64,000 bases of DNA, taken from assembly GCA_024137785.1 (NCBI GenBank), contig JAHRHZ010000289.1, positions 4,410,324 through 4,474,323 on the forward strand, written 5' to 3'. Position numbers and translations under genes: made by a program. Shown piece after piece: positions 1 through 13,470 of the stretch. The notes under the pieces were generated by a model, which was not told the DNA's origin, did not search any database, and was given only the letters and a program-made list of their open reading frames with translations. The first letter of the stretch is position 1. Each line of letters starts with the position of its first letter. The DNA is from Ginglymostoma cirratum (lineage: Eukaryota).

Positions 1-2395
1 ATTTGGTCACATTAACAAAGGAATGTTACAATTATGCAACTGTTTACAACAGCATTAAAACTGCATTTTCATCTGAAAAAACCCCAGTATACATAGTGAA
101 GCAGTCTACTATGAAGCTGTACAGTATGTATTTATTCAGAACCAGAATCAACAAAGTGTTTTAAAGCAAATAATTTACAAAAAGCAGCAAAACATAATTT
201 GTTTGCAGTGTTTTCAGAAAATTAACCTATAAAGAACAGCGATGAGGGTAATAACTTGTTTCTGATCCTCCTACTGAAACATTACAATTTCAATTAATTC
301 TTTAAGTATTTAAATTTCAAAAGGAACTTAATTTTTAATTAATCCAGATATGTTTTTATGTTGACGCTTGTTTGATTTTGATTTAGATCTTTGTGGATAG
401 AAGTAACAAGTCACAGTTATTTGGATTCAGTTTGGGAAAATTAGAGTTAAAGACTTGTTACATCCTTTAAAGGGAATAAACATCTACTATCCTCCTTCAC
501 AGTTAACAATTGCATTCTTACATGCTTTACCAGAAACAAAGTGTCTCCCTTAGTTCCTATATAAACAATATGCTTAGATATTGGACACTATTTTAACCTT
601 TACTTGGTGCAATGACAATGCAAAGATGTGGATCAATCCAGTTAACTTGTGATCAATTGAGATTTTAAGGTGCTCACAAACTGTGTGTAAATTATTGCTC
701 TGCATGGTCCAATCTACTACACACAAACAAACACTAGCCACAGGTACTGCTAGACAGAGTAAAAAACTGTCTCCATACAATCATTCATCTAACTTCTTTT
801 CACTGGATACCCATCCAATTTTTTTACAGTGTTTTTCTTTAAATATATTTTAAGAACTAGTAACTAGTATTTATTAATGCTAACTGCACATTAGGAAATT
901 AATAGAACTTTTCTATAGATGATAATGCCAAATGTCACTGCATGAGGCAAAATCTTCATTGCACCACCAGAAGGAGGTTAAAATTGGGACCATTATCTTT
1001 TAAGCCTACATAAAATAGATGCTAAAACTGCTTACAAATCAAACTAATGCCAGTGATTGATTTATTTTACTAGTTTACAAAGTTTCCAAAAACAGACACA
1101 ACTCAAGAAAGAGTAACATATACAGTGGAAATGCAGTGCCACTGCTTAAAACCTTGAGGGTTAAGATCTTAAATGCAGTTTAGGCTTAAAAATAGTCCAA
1201 TGAACCCCACAATCAATTCCTTTGCACTTAGCTTAAAATGTTGCACTGTGTATATAGTGCACCTTGTTAACAGATGACAGCAGAAATACAACAGTGAAAA
1301 ACTGTCATCTTTAGTTGTCAGCCTGTGCGAGGTTTCACTGCAGCACTTTTACAGAATTTACATGGAACATTACACTTTTATTCCATGGAACACATTAATC
1401 TGAGGAAAGATGAACAAGCATGATCTTATAGCATATTTACCTTGAAGTAAAACTAATCATCTAATCCTTAATGTACCAGTGAGGTGTATTTTTGAACTAC
1501 CGCACAACTTGTTAACGTGTCTAAGGTGGCAAGGTTAATAATTCCTCTTTGGTTGTTTACAACATCGGCTGTAACATGTTGAATGTAATACTTGTGTAAT
1601 AACACGACAAAGATAACGCTTACTATAACAATACATCAATTAGGGGTGATCTGTTTGCTGCCCCATCCCCCACCAAAACAAAGGCACTAGCTCATTACCT
1701 ATGGTTTCTGACTGTATCACTCAATGCCTTAAATCTAATTCATCAGTTACCCAAAGGAAGAGTTTCAAGTAAAATCTTACAAACCAGCTTTGCCTCAATT
1801 TTGTTTTAAACCATGTTTACGAAAAAGCAAGGAATTAAAATGTGTATCTTTTCTAAGTATTAATTGATTGAGGGGTAAAAAAAGCTTCTAGTAATAGTAA
1901 GCGTTATAGACGAGGAAGATTCCAGGTGGATCCCTGATATGTACTGACAGGGCAGCAATAGCAATGCTAGAATTAATCTCAATATTCAAAGTAAGGAGCT
2001 AAACTGGAGACCTGGTGCCCAAACCTAATTGCTCTCTGGAATACACAAAAGTATAGATTTGGGGAGAAATCAGAATTGGGATTGTTGTAATACGTTAATG
2101 ATTGAAGAGCCTGGAACTCATTAGGCTCATAGTCTATGACAGACTTTTGAGTGATGTACTGGTGGACGGTGTTAATAATGGAACAGTAAACTAGCACAAG
2201 TCAATAGTTTCACTAATAAAAGAAATTGCAGTCAAGGACAAGGGTGGCCACAGGCTTTTACAGGTGAAATCTACAGGAAAGCAGATGTTAAATGCAAGAG
2301 GCTTAAATAATAGGCTAAAATTTTACTACTTCCTGCAGAAAAATGGCATTTGGGAGATTCTTGTAAATTTGGACATCATTCTTAGCGCCTACTCA

Positions 2396-2683
2396 TATAA
2401 AATCCCCACAGTGTGGGAGTAGGCCATTCAGCCCATCAAGTCCACATCATCCCACTGAAAAGTATCCCACCCAGACCCACCCTACCGCAGTGAACCCTGC
2501 ATTTCCCATGGCCAATTCACCAAACCTGCACATCTTTGGACTGTGGAAGGAAACCAGAGCATACAAAGGAAACCCACAGAGACAACGTGCAAACTCAACA
2601 GACAGTCACCCAAGGGTAGATTCGAACCCAGGTCCCTGGTGCTGTGAGGTAGCAGTGTTAACCACTGAGTAACCATGCTGCCC
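2396..2683 (-). mobile_element. HE1-like V-SINE (tRNA-derived)
   Basis: Minus strand has A-box/B-box-like motifs (CAGTGGTTAA...GGTTCGAATC), the V-domain (GTTTGCACGTT...GGGTTTCC...CCAAAGATGTGCAGG) and a CR1-like 3' tail. Confidence 0.85.
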
Positions 2684-2689
2684 TACAGG

Positions 2690-3775
2690 TACGGATAGAG
2701 GATTGGCTGACTAGCAGAAGGCAGAGAATGGGGATAAAGGGGTCTTTTTCACAATAGCAGTTGGTGACTAGTCGAGTTCCTCAGAGGTCAGTGTGGGGAT
2801 CACAATTATTTATATTATGCATTAACAATCTGGATAAAGGAACTGAGGGGTAATGTTGCTAAATTTGCAGATGGCACAGAAATAGGTGGAGGGACATGTA
2901 TACCTGAAGAGGTAGGGAGGCTGCAGAAGGACTTGGACAAGCTAGGAGAGTGGGTAAGAAGTGACAGATGGAATACAATGTGGGAGGTTATGGACTCTGG
3001 TACCAAGAACAGAGGTGTAGACTATTTGCTAAATGAGGAACAGCTTTCAGAAATCTGAAGCATAAAGGACTAAGGAGTCCTGGTTCAGGATTCTCTGAAG
3101 ATTAACATGCAGTTCCAGCTGACAGTTAAGAAGGCAAATGCGATGTTGGCATTCATTTCAAGAGAGCAAGAAGACAAAGCAGAGATGTACTGCTGAGGTT
3201 GTATAAGGCTGTGGTCAGACTGGATTTGGAATATTATAAGCAGTCTTGGGCCCCGTGTCTAAGGAAGGATGTGCTGGTCTTGGAGGGGGTCCAAAGGAGG
3301 TTTACAAAAATGATCTAGGGGCTGAAAGGCTTCACATATGAGGAGCAGTTGAAGACTCTAGGTCTGTACTCGACGGAGTTTAGAAGAAAGGCGGGGTTGG
3401 GGGGGTGATCTCATTGCAACTTATGAAATACTGACAGAACTTGATAGAGTGGACATGGAGAAGATGTTTCCACTTGCGGGAGAGACTAGGACCTGACGGC
3501 ACAGCCTCAGAGTGAAGGAGTGACCCTTTAGAACTGAGATGAGGAGGAATTCCTTCAGCCAGAGAGTGGTGAATCTGTAGAATTCATTGCCACAGAAGAC
3601 TGGAAGCCAAGTAATTGAATGTATTTAAGACTGGATTCTTGATTAGTAAGGGGATCGAAGGTTACAGGGAGAAAGCAGGTGAGTGGGTTGAGAAACGTAA
3701 CAACCATGATTCAGTGGCAGAGCAGACTCAATAGGCTGAAAGGCCTAATTCTGCTTCTATATCTTATGATCTTAT
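2690..3775 (+). mobile_element. 5'-truncated CR1 LINE (RT C-terminal part and 3' UTR)
   Basis: Degenerate RT motifs (VPQRSV, KFADGT, WAPCLRKD, VQRRFTKMI) followed by a typical CR1 3' end; contains stops and frameshifts. Confidence 0.88.
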
Positions 3776-4319
3776 CGTCACACCTACTACAATTTTGCCA
3801 AGGAGGAGTGAAGCAATAAATTTGCCCTTCGGTCACAAAGTGTTTTCCTCCCACTGACAATGGGATTTTACCTGCACCAGGAGAGGCCAATGCCTCACAC
3901 CAGGCTTCCAAGTAAAACCTGACAAGATTTGTTGCCGGGCTGGTGGTTGGCTTGAGGGAGTCGGTGCCTTTGATGGACATCCAATGACAAATGGAGGGCA
4001 CTCCTTAAGGTGCGGCCATTCCTTTCCAATGACACATGTCTCCTCAAGCCCCTCATTGGGGTCTGATCCTACTTCTGATGCTAAAGGCCTTCGTCTCATT
4101 CTTCTGTTTTCAGAGCTGTGTTCCACCATTAATGGGACATGAAATCTGCCATCCCTCCAGTTAGCTGGCAGCTCTCTGAGACAGGACCTGGTTTTGGGGA
4201 ATAATGAAGGATCCTGCCTTGGACTTTCAATTGCAATGGGATGAGCCCAGCAAGTGCAGGCAGTCTCACCATTTTATGTGAACCACCACCAGAATTATAT
4301 TCGGTCCATAATATAGACC

Positions 4320-4640
4320 AGTCCTTCAGTACAGTAATGTTGGAGTGCTTCTTTTCAGATGATTTATTAAACCAATGTCCAGTCTTTCCTTTCAGATGAA
4401 TGAAAAACACCCCAGGGCACTATTGGAAGAAGAGCAAGGGATTTCTTCTGGTGCCCTGGCCAATATTTAGCCAATCCTTAGCCAATACCATCAAAGACAT
4501 CGTATCTGGTTTTATCCCATTGTCTGCACAACCTTTCACTACACAAATTAACATATTTCCTACATTACAACTATTACTACATTTCAAAAGACTTCATAGG
4601 ATGCCCCAACTGATTCACAGTTTGAGGTTATGACAGGGCT
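4320..4640 (+). mobile_element. Deu-domain SINE remnant (SacSINE1/AmnSINE1-like)
   Basis: Degenerate Deu-domain string (ttggagtgcttcttttcagatga...ttaaacc...gcactattggaagaagagcaaggg...ctggccaatattt); similar to the copy at 18040-18290. Confidence 0.65.
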
Positions 4641-4929
4641 ATTCAAAAACATTTTCTGTCCTTAATTCTTTAAAATCTGGTAAAAACAATGAACACGTTC
4701 TTCATATTGGTGTTGAGTCACTGCAATATTCCCTGTTCCTTTGCTTTCTGTACACTAAACCCAAAATACTGGGGTTTTATCTCATTTCTCAGAGTGCCAA
4801 CACCTCAATGTGATACATCTCATTATCTACCTCTCTGGTGCATGCTTTTAGGCAGATGCTTTCTACACACTGTTTAAAGACTTCCCCATGCATTGAAGTA
4901 AAGTTTGATTTATTTTTGATATATTGATA

Positions 4930-5220
4930 TTATATTTGATCTAACTCACCAAGCCCTCTTTGACAACATCTTCCAAACCCATAACTTCTACGACGTAGAA
5001 GGACTTGGTTAACACAATCAGCTGCAAGTTTCTCTCTAAATCACATTCCTTTCTGATTTGGAACTATATCGCTGTTCCTTCACTGTCATTCAATCACAAA
5101 CCTGGAACTTCCTTCCTAACGGTTTGTGTACAAACACTCAATGGACTGTAGTGGTTCAAGAAGGCAGCTCACCATGACCTCTCCATGGCAATTACTGGGG
5201 CGGCTCACAACCTATGAACG
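4930..5220 (+). mobile_element. 3' fragment of a second CR1-like LINE family
   Basis: ggactgtagtggttcaagaaggcagctcacc...ggcaatta matches the reverse complement of the LINE ends at about 12520, 27620 and 34250. Confidence 0.7.
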
Positions 5221-5419
5221 TCCTATATTAAAGGAAGGTCTCCTTTGCTTATTTCCAAGCAGTAACAAGCTAAAACTATGAGAATATGGGACAGGACTTT
5301 GTGCCCTCTGCTATGCCAGGTTTGGTAGCAATGGATAATTTCAATCTATCCTCTCAGCTTCACTCTAGTTACATCCAAATATGGGCCATTCTGCCCCATT
5401 GTCACCTAACTGCACCATG

Positions 5420-5782
5420 GAGAGGCAATGGCCTAGTGGTATTATCGCTGGACTGTTAATCCAGAGACAAAGCTAATATTCTGGGGACCTGGGTTCAAAT
5501 CCTGCCATGGCAGATATGGAACTTGAATTCAATGAATATCTGGGATTCCAAATCTAAAGATGACCATGAACACATTGTCGATTGTCGGGAAAAAGCCATT
5601 TGGTTCACTAATGCCCTTTAGGGAAGGAAACTGCCATCCTTACCTGGTCTGGCCTACTTGTGGCTCCAAACCCACAGCAATGTGGTTGACTCTTAGCTAC
5701 CCTGTGGGCAATTAGGGATGGGCAATAAATGCTGCCTAGCTAGCGACACTTCATGACCCGTGAATGAATAAAGAAAAAAAAA
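5420..5782 (+). mobile_element. tRNA-derived SINE with CR1-like tail
   Basis: A-box (tggcctagtgg), B-box (gggttcaaatcc) and an A-rich end. A second copy at 26073-26396 shares ggaaactgccatccttacctggtctggcctac. Confidence 0.8.
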
Positions 5783-6563
5783 ATTGCTGATATTAACCAA
5801 GCAGCTAGTGGTGGTGTTGTGAGGGAGTGGGAGATGGGATTGCTGTGCTGGGAGTATGACAAATAAGCCCAGGCACGTTTGTCTGACTGCAGACTCACCA
5901 TTATTCACTTCATTCAAAGGTGCACAATGGCTGATTGGGATATGTGACATCAGTAAGTAGGGAGTCTCTTCCCTGCATTTGATGCTGACTACCCCAATCC
6001 CAAACCATCACTTGCCATCACTCACATCTACCCAGAGGTCCAGCGACAATCCTTGGATGGTTGGACTAGACAGCAGAGTTCAATAGGATTGCTGGAATCT
6101 GATTGGCCAGCAGTTCTTGGCAAGCAGGCCATCCACCCCTGAGGTCTTTGATCTCAGGGAAAAGCCCGGCTCTGCTCTGTTAAGTGCCAGACTGGATGGT
6201 TTTCCTGAAAAGAGAAGACAGAGAAATCCTAGCTGTTCTCCAGTCTGCAGACGAAAACCTTGTCGCTTCCACAGGATTTTGTCCATAGAAACCTTTAACA
6301 GGTCAAGGGCAGGATCAGGTGCTCTACAAATTCAATAGTCTATGGACACATATAAATAAGCCGAGACTATAATGGAAAGATATATTGAACTTGAACGGTC
6401 AAAAAGATAATTACAAAGTTGAGAGTAATATTGGATGGATAAAGGATGTTGGGATGGAACAGAAGAATTAAAAATTGAGTAGAAAACAAAAGCAAATGAA
6501 GAGTAAAAGACAATTAATTTATATAGTGAAATATTAATTTGAGTTTGATAAATTATTCAAAGA

Positions 6564-8566
6564 TTTATTGGACACTTGTTCATATCTCCTTGAAAGAATG
6601 TGTTACCAAATCTTGTTATGAACTATTTAAAGAGGCGTTCTGCCCGTTCTGATTGTCAATCCTGTTAGGCCTTGTGAAAGGTACACTCAAACCTTTAATT
6701 TCAAATTTGGGTCTCATTTCCTCTTTTGGAACTCATCTATTAATCTTTTCAGTCACAGTGCAAGCACACGCACACAGACACTCAAATCCTGGACAACAAA
6801 AAACATATAAGTGCAAAAAAAATTATAATGTTTACACTATATATTGCGAGCAAAGTTTGTACAAAGTGTCTGTTGACATTTGTAGTATGAGCCATCATCT
6901 TCAATATTGAAACAATACTCTAACGAAACTATATACTATTTTTGTACAAAGTCAGCAAATTAGGCAAGATATTAAATATATTTGTGTTAGATACCATTTT
7001 CACTCCATTATCAAAAGGAAAATATTTTTTGTGGTTGTCACGTGAGTCCTATAAAACTACTTTGCCATTAGTCAGTGAATCTATAATAGTGGCAGTCAAA
7101 GTTCACGGGGAATCAGAAAGTGCATCACCCTTCCTATGTAAGGCACCTGTAGCATTGAATCACCACAGAAAAAAATCCAGCATAAAACTTCTACTTGTTA
7201 AAGCCATTTTAAAGTTGCAATATCTCTTTGCTGGCATGTTAGCCAAGACTCTGAAACATATGAATCAATTTAAAATTTGATTAATGGAGCCAAGCTTCTC
7301 TTGGGACTTCCTCTCCTCACCCTCACTCTTTTCTGTTTTTTTCAATGTCATGGAATGGACTACTATGTCCTGACTCATGGATTACAGGGAAGCAGATCTC
7401 AATCAAGAATGACAAGTTGAAATTCTTAAGCTGTTTTTACAGAGGGGTATGACTGAAACGGCTGGTAATGAACCAAAAACTTGTGAGATGACCGGATCAG
7501 CAGATGAACAAAAAAGGACCAATTTTTAAACAAGTAATAAAACAAGATTTTTTTTGAATAAAAGGGCCTGTTTACAGTCACTGTTATGCGTTTACATTTT
7601 ATTGTTATTGAATTTGTGCCGAAAAGGGATACTACAACTTCCAGTCATTATATTGAACCCATCAAGCTCCCCAATTCCTTCAGCAAAGTCACTGCTTGAT
7701 GTTTTAGAAAACTTAAACAAAATAGCTCTCAATTTGGGGGTCCTTCACCAGCTATCAATTTTGGCATGCACGTCGCATCCACAACACAACAGCAATTAGA
7801 CACGAACTAATCTGTTAGAAATATGTACATTATCTCCAGATTAAATTTAAAATGTACTTTAAAGGCAACTATGATGTCTTAATTGAATGTGGCAATTGAG
7901 ATCTCTCTAAATAACTTCACAGGCTGTTGTGCATGAAGCAGATGCAATAATATCAGTCTTTGTGGAGAATATGTGGAGAGAATTCCATTACTGACCCCTG
8001 CAGACCAACAGATAACTGCCTGTGGAAAATAACCTACTAATTGTAAGTCATTAGAAATATTGTCATAGATGTGACCTTGAGATAGCCTGACAGAATATCT
8101 TTCTTTCTCAAATTATTTGGTCTTTGTCGATGACTAGTATTTTTCTTGGAGCAATGACAGAACGGCAAAAGAAATCAGAAGAATATTGCTCTTCAACTGA
8201 ACAGCTTAATTTTAGCTAGATTAATTAACCTGTATTCAGCCTGGCTACGAGACGGTCTCCAAATTTCTCTGCTTGAGAAATACTTGTTAATTATCAAGTG
8301 GCTCTGTTTCTACAGGTGGAACTGTGTGCAGCCATCCCAGTTTCCTGCCAGCAAGTATCTGCAGACAGCAGGAACAGAGACAGAAAGGGGGAAGACAAAT
8401 AAAGAGATAGAGAAACTAAGTTAAATGACAAAGAATACAGCCACACTTAGTGTATATAACTGAAATTAAAGTGAGCAATAGAAGCTTTCCATATCCATAA
8501 AAACTCTACTTTTTTTTAAAAACTATAGTGTGGATTGAGAAACAGTCCTCATAGGAGCCAAATATC
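6564..8566 (-). other. neurl1b: probable neurl1b 3' UTR (end uncertain)
   Basis: AT-rich sequence without recognisable repeats after the stop codon. Candidate poly(A) signals on the minus strand are AATAAA at 7598-7603, ATTAAA at 6694-6699 and AATAAA at 6564-6569. Confidence 0.55.
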
Positions 8567-8811
8567 TCATGGACGGTATATCTTAATGACATCCTTTATA
8601 ACTCGCCTACAGATGGGACAGCAGGCATTGATCTGCTTCTTCAACTTAAGACCACAGTCGTAACAGAGACACATATGTCCACAGGTGTAAATAACAGTAT
8701 CAACTTCACTGTCGAAGCAGACGGTGCATTCTCCATTTTTGCTACTTGGTGGTTCAGGCGGAGAGAAACTTGGGGAGAACTGAGGGCTCAGGGGAGAGCT
8801 GGGTGCAGTCA
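8567..8811 (-). CDS. neurl1b: neurl1b last coding exon, C3HC4 RING finger and stop
   Basis: TTTCCACAG| acceptor. Encodes [10 protein letters not shown]...[28 protein letters not shown]...[18 protein letters not shown], with TGA at 8567-8569. Confidence 0.97.
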
Positions 8812-10289
8812 CTGTGGAAAACAGGAAAAGCATCAATTAACATCCCAAAACAGACAACAAAATAACACTGAATAGCATGTATCCTTAGTATATGGTGTAC
8901 ATTGCCGACCAAAAAGGCAGTTTGCAAAAGTTTAACAGACAAAAGAAATTACACTCTCATTGATATTACAAATAAAAGAAAGATTCAACTTGAAAGTCTT
9001 CTATTTTATAAATTGTAACATCTATTACATTTCTAAATAGCAAAAATATTGTGAATTAAAATACTGCAAACAAATGGTCATACTGGTCACGCTGTTTCAG
9101 ACCTGTGTAATTTCTTAACATAAAAATTCATGTATATGTGACCATTAAGTGAGTTAAATTGTTTTATTCTGTTGTATTTAAACATTGCAAAATTCTGAAA
9201 CGTGCAACTGACTTAAGATATTTCGTGACTGTCACCTCATCTTATGATTATGGTTATGACTCTTGTTCCGTTTTTTGTTTCTGGGCTGTGCATGGTTCCA
9301 CTTTAAGAATGCTCATACACAGTTTTTTGACAACACAGTGTACTGCTGCCAAATATCATTCCTTATCTAAGAATGATGCAAATATTTATGAAAAATAATG
9401 TACACTGTTGGTTACTAAGAATTAAAGGAAGAAATCAACAAAAGCTAGTTAATCCAAGAACCTACCTTGTATGTTTAAGTCAACATACAGCACCCATTCA
9501 TAATGCAATTTCTTACATTACAGTAATAGGTTGAAGTAAGCGTTTTACAGTGTGCATTTTTTTAATTGCCTACAACTAATTATTGTGAGCTAACTTCTAG
9601 TACTGTAGAATCCAGTTAGTGGGGTTAACGGGACTAAAGCACAAAGAGGATTGAAAAAAAAATGATAAGACCGAATAATTTGTAACTTATCACAGAGTGG
9701 CTACAGCACAGAAGGCAGCCATTCATTGCATAATTACTGTGCTGTGTTTCTGAAGGAGCAACTTACCCTGGTTTACTTCTCTGCATGTTCTTACTATTCA
9801 CTTCAGATAATACTCCAATTTCGTCTTAGGTGCCTTGGTTTAATTTACCTCCTATAAACTCTCAAGCATTGGCATTCCAGATCCCAATCACATTCTGCAT
9901 GACACGGCATGTTTTCTCATGTCACCATTGCCTTTTTTTTGCCAATTACCTTAAATCTGTTCCCTCTTATTTTTGATTTTTTCACCAATAGGAATAGGTT
10001 TTTTTAATACTCTCTTCAGACCTCTCATAGCTTTGTAAATCTCCATCAACTCTCCTTTAAACTTTCCCCTGCCAAGAAAAGCAATCCCACCTTACCATAT
10101 AGAACTGATGCTTAATGTAAAGCTACCTGGAACATGCAGATCATCTATTTATTTTAATTTGTATATGATTACTAAAAGTTGTCCTAAAACCTCCTGTAGC
10201 TACTACATAAGGTAAACTAAACATCTTCTTTGAGAATGTGAATTGTAGAAGGCTAGTAAGAAATTGTTGGGATTGTTTAGCAACAAAAA

Positions 10290-11015
10290 AAGGAGATTTC
10301 TGCATGGCAGCAGTGAACATGGCCGAGGTATCAAATGAATACTTTACCTAGGAGGAAGAACGCTGCCAAAGTTATTGTGGTGGAAGTGTTATTTCAGATC
10401 CTGGATGGTCTACAAATTGATAAAGAAGACATACTAGAAAGGCTAATTATATTTAAAGTTAATGACTCAATGCTACTGAATGGGATTCATCCATGAAATC
10501 TAAGGAAAGTTACAGGCATGCTCTTCCAATACTGTGCCAGAGAACAGGAGAATTGCAAATCAGGGACAAAAATTGACAGTAACTTGGAAAACTGTAGATT
10601 TGTTAAGGGAAATCAGCACAAATTTGTGAAAGAGAAACCACGTGCCCCTAATTTGATGGCATTTTCTGATGCTATATCAATGAGGGTTGATGAAGGTAAT
10701 GTAGCTGATGTGAATATGGGCTACCAAAAGATGTTCAATAAAATGCCGTACAATAGGCTTTCAACATTGAAAGTAATGGAATAAAAAGGGATAGTTGCTG
10801 CATGGATACAAAATTGGAATGATTATTTCTTGGTTGTAGGAAGATATACACCACACTGCTATTCCTGAGGTGGTGTCTGTACTGGGACTATTACAATTTC
10901 TTGATATATATTAATTGCCTGGATGTGCAGGGCACAATTCAGAATTTGCAGATGACAATATTTGGAAGTATAGTGAGCAGTAAGTGAATACTGCTAGTCT
11001 TCAAAAGGACAATGC
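10290..11015 (+). mobile_element. old CR1 LINE fragment (ORF2)
   Basis: Degenerate CR1 RT peptides (NQHKFVK, RVDEGNVADV...YQKMFNKMPYNRL, FADD). Confidence 0.75.
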
Positions 11016-12512
11016 AAACCACAGTAGGGATTACCTTCTTGTAATAATTAAACAATATGCATCTACGTTAATTCAGTAAAATAGAGAACTCTTAAAATAA
11101 GTAGGAATAAAGGCTGAGATGACAACAAACAAAACTCATTGCAGACTGTCCTTTAGATGGCACTCATGCATCTCCCCTTCATCATTGAATGAACTCCTTT
11201 TAACCTGCTATCGTTCAGGAAATTCACTTTGGCGTTATTATAATCTGTTATAAAATTCCCATGACATCGAGCATGTCCTTTGGCCTTGGTGTCTATTTCT
11301 GTCTAAATAACAAGCCATCAATGAGCATTTTAAATGACACACTAACATACAGCAGGATTCTCTAGTAGTACAAATATAGGTTTCCTTTCTTTGCTTAATC
11401 AAGACAGAAGAATCATGCTTCTGCACAATTTTAATTTTGTTGGCAATGTCAATTGCTGATAATAATTGTTGTTAAAATCAACAGCTGCTTTTTTAAGTAT
11501 TTTCAGTTACAAATGGGAGATTTCCTGTGACTTGTGGTTCTTCTTCTGCTAACCTGCACTTTTGTGCACTTTTGTTAAAGCAGGTTTACAGTAGAAGCAG
11601 ACAGACATGTGCAAGATGTATTTGCAATTTATGTAATGGTTTCACCACATAAAACATACAGAACTTTGGCCAGAAACATAAGATTTCGTTGGCTGAGTGT
11701 TTTGCAATGTGCATGAGAATTTTGAAAGGCAATCAATTAGACATATAAAAAGAGGTGTAATTGAATGTAACATGTACTGTTGTACTAACAATTTATTATT
11801 TAGATTCTGGAACTGAGTGAATTAAGTCAATGTTACGTACAGAACTTGTTTCCTTATTGTCCGTTATCAAAGTATTTTATATACGGGTCTATGCTTTCTT
11901 CCCCTCAGAGTGATTTATCCCAATTTAAATAAATTGAGCAACATATTTCTGTGAGTTTAAAAGTAACAAAGGTTATTTAGTATCCAACAATTTCCCTGGA
12001 TGTTTAGAGATGCAAATTAACTGTCAAACACACAACCACTCACACAAAGTTTACATACACACGAAAAGGAAAAAAAATACAATTACAACTTGGGTTTATT
12101 TGTGTCTCTTTCATAGCAAGCCTGTAGTTTTTAGATGAGCTAATACTTCGGTTGGAGGACAGGACTTGAAAAGCTGTGAGTTCTCAGTAAGAAAGTTGTT
12201 TTCCTCAGGTGAATTTGAGGTTAAACAGTTTAGGGAGAATCTTATTCCTGAGTTCATGGTTATTGCTGTTTATTTACTGCGCTTGATTTGTTGACTGCAG
12301 CTGATTCAATGGCTTTCTGATTGTATCTCTGCTTCCACAACAACTTCTTTCCATCCTCAAAGCAGGCAATGGATGTGGCCGTCACATCCATATGATCATG
12401 TTACAAGGTCAGCAACTCTTTTCAGATAATGCGGTATATTAGGATGATAAACATCCTGTCTTATGGCATTTCACACCTTGAGAGTTTCAAGCGGCCAAGG
12501 ACTTTGTTAGAT

Positions 12513-13470
12513 TTCTTTATTCATTCATTAGCTGGACCACATCTATTTCCCATCCTTAGCTGCTCTTGGGAGTGTGCTGGTGAACTGCCTTCTTGAACCA
12601 CTGCAATGCATTTGGTCTAGGTAGATGCACAATGCCGTTAGGTATGGTTCTCCAGGATTTTGATTAAGTGGCACTGAAGGAGGAACGCTATGTTTCCAAG
12701 TCAGGATGGTGAGTGGCTTGGATGGGAAATACAGTTGGTGGTATTCCATGTATCTGCTGCCTGTGTCCTTCGAGATGGTAGTGGTCGTGGGATTGGAAAG
12801 TACCTTCTAAGGAACCTTGGTGAATTTAATGTACCTTGTAGATGGTACACATGCTGCAACTGAGTGTTGGTGATGAGAAGTTTGAAAGTGTGGATGTGGT
12901 GCTAATCAAGTGGGCCACTCAGATGATGTCAAGCAATTTCCAATTACTCCAGTTTTCCTAGTGCTCTTTGATACCGCACTCTGTCAAATGTGGCCTTGAT
13001 GTCAAAAACAGTCATTCTCACCTCAATGCTGGATCTCAGATCTCTTGTCCATGTTTGAACTAAGGCAGTCATAAGGTCACAAATGGAGTGGCTCTGGTGA
13101 TTTCCAAAATGAGCATCAACGAGCAGATTACTGTCAAGCATGAGCTGCCTGATAGCATTGTTGACAACACCTTCCATTATTTTTCTGATGATCCAGAGTG
13201 GACTAATGGGGCAGTAATTAGTTGTATCGTGTTTGCATAACTGCGCAATTTTCCACATTGTTGGGTAGAAACCAGTGTAGCTATACTGGAACAACTTAGC
13301 TAGGCGTGGAGCAATTTCTGAAACTTAAGTCTTCAGGACTGTTACAGAAATGTTGTCAGACCCATACTCTTTGCAAGATCCAATGTCTCCAACTGTTTCT
13401 TGATATTATGTGCAGTGAATCGAATTGACTAAAGACTAGCATCTGTGATGCTGAGGTTTTCCAGAGGAGG
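12513..13470 (-). mobile_element. CR1-like LINE fragment (RT region and 3' end)
   Basis: ORF 12944-13294 encodes NYCPISPL...MEGVVN...FDIKATFDRV, a LINE RT motif. Confidence 0.85.

Noticed and set aside
2600-2683. tRNA-like A/B boxes here and at 5420, 26073, 53130 and 54298
   Set aside because: They are heads of SINEs with attached bodies and tails; no intact cloverleaf is evident.
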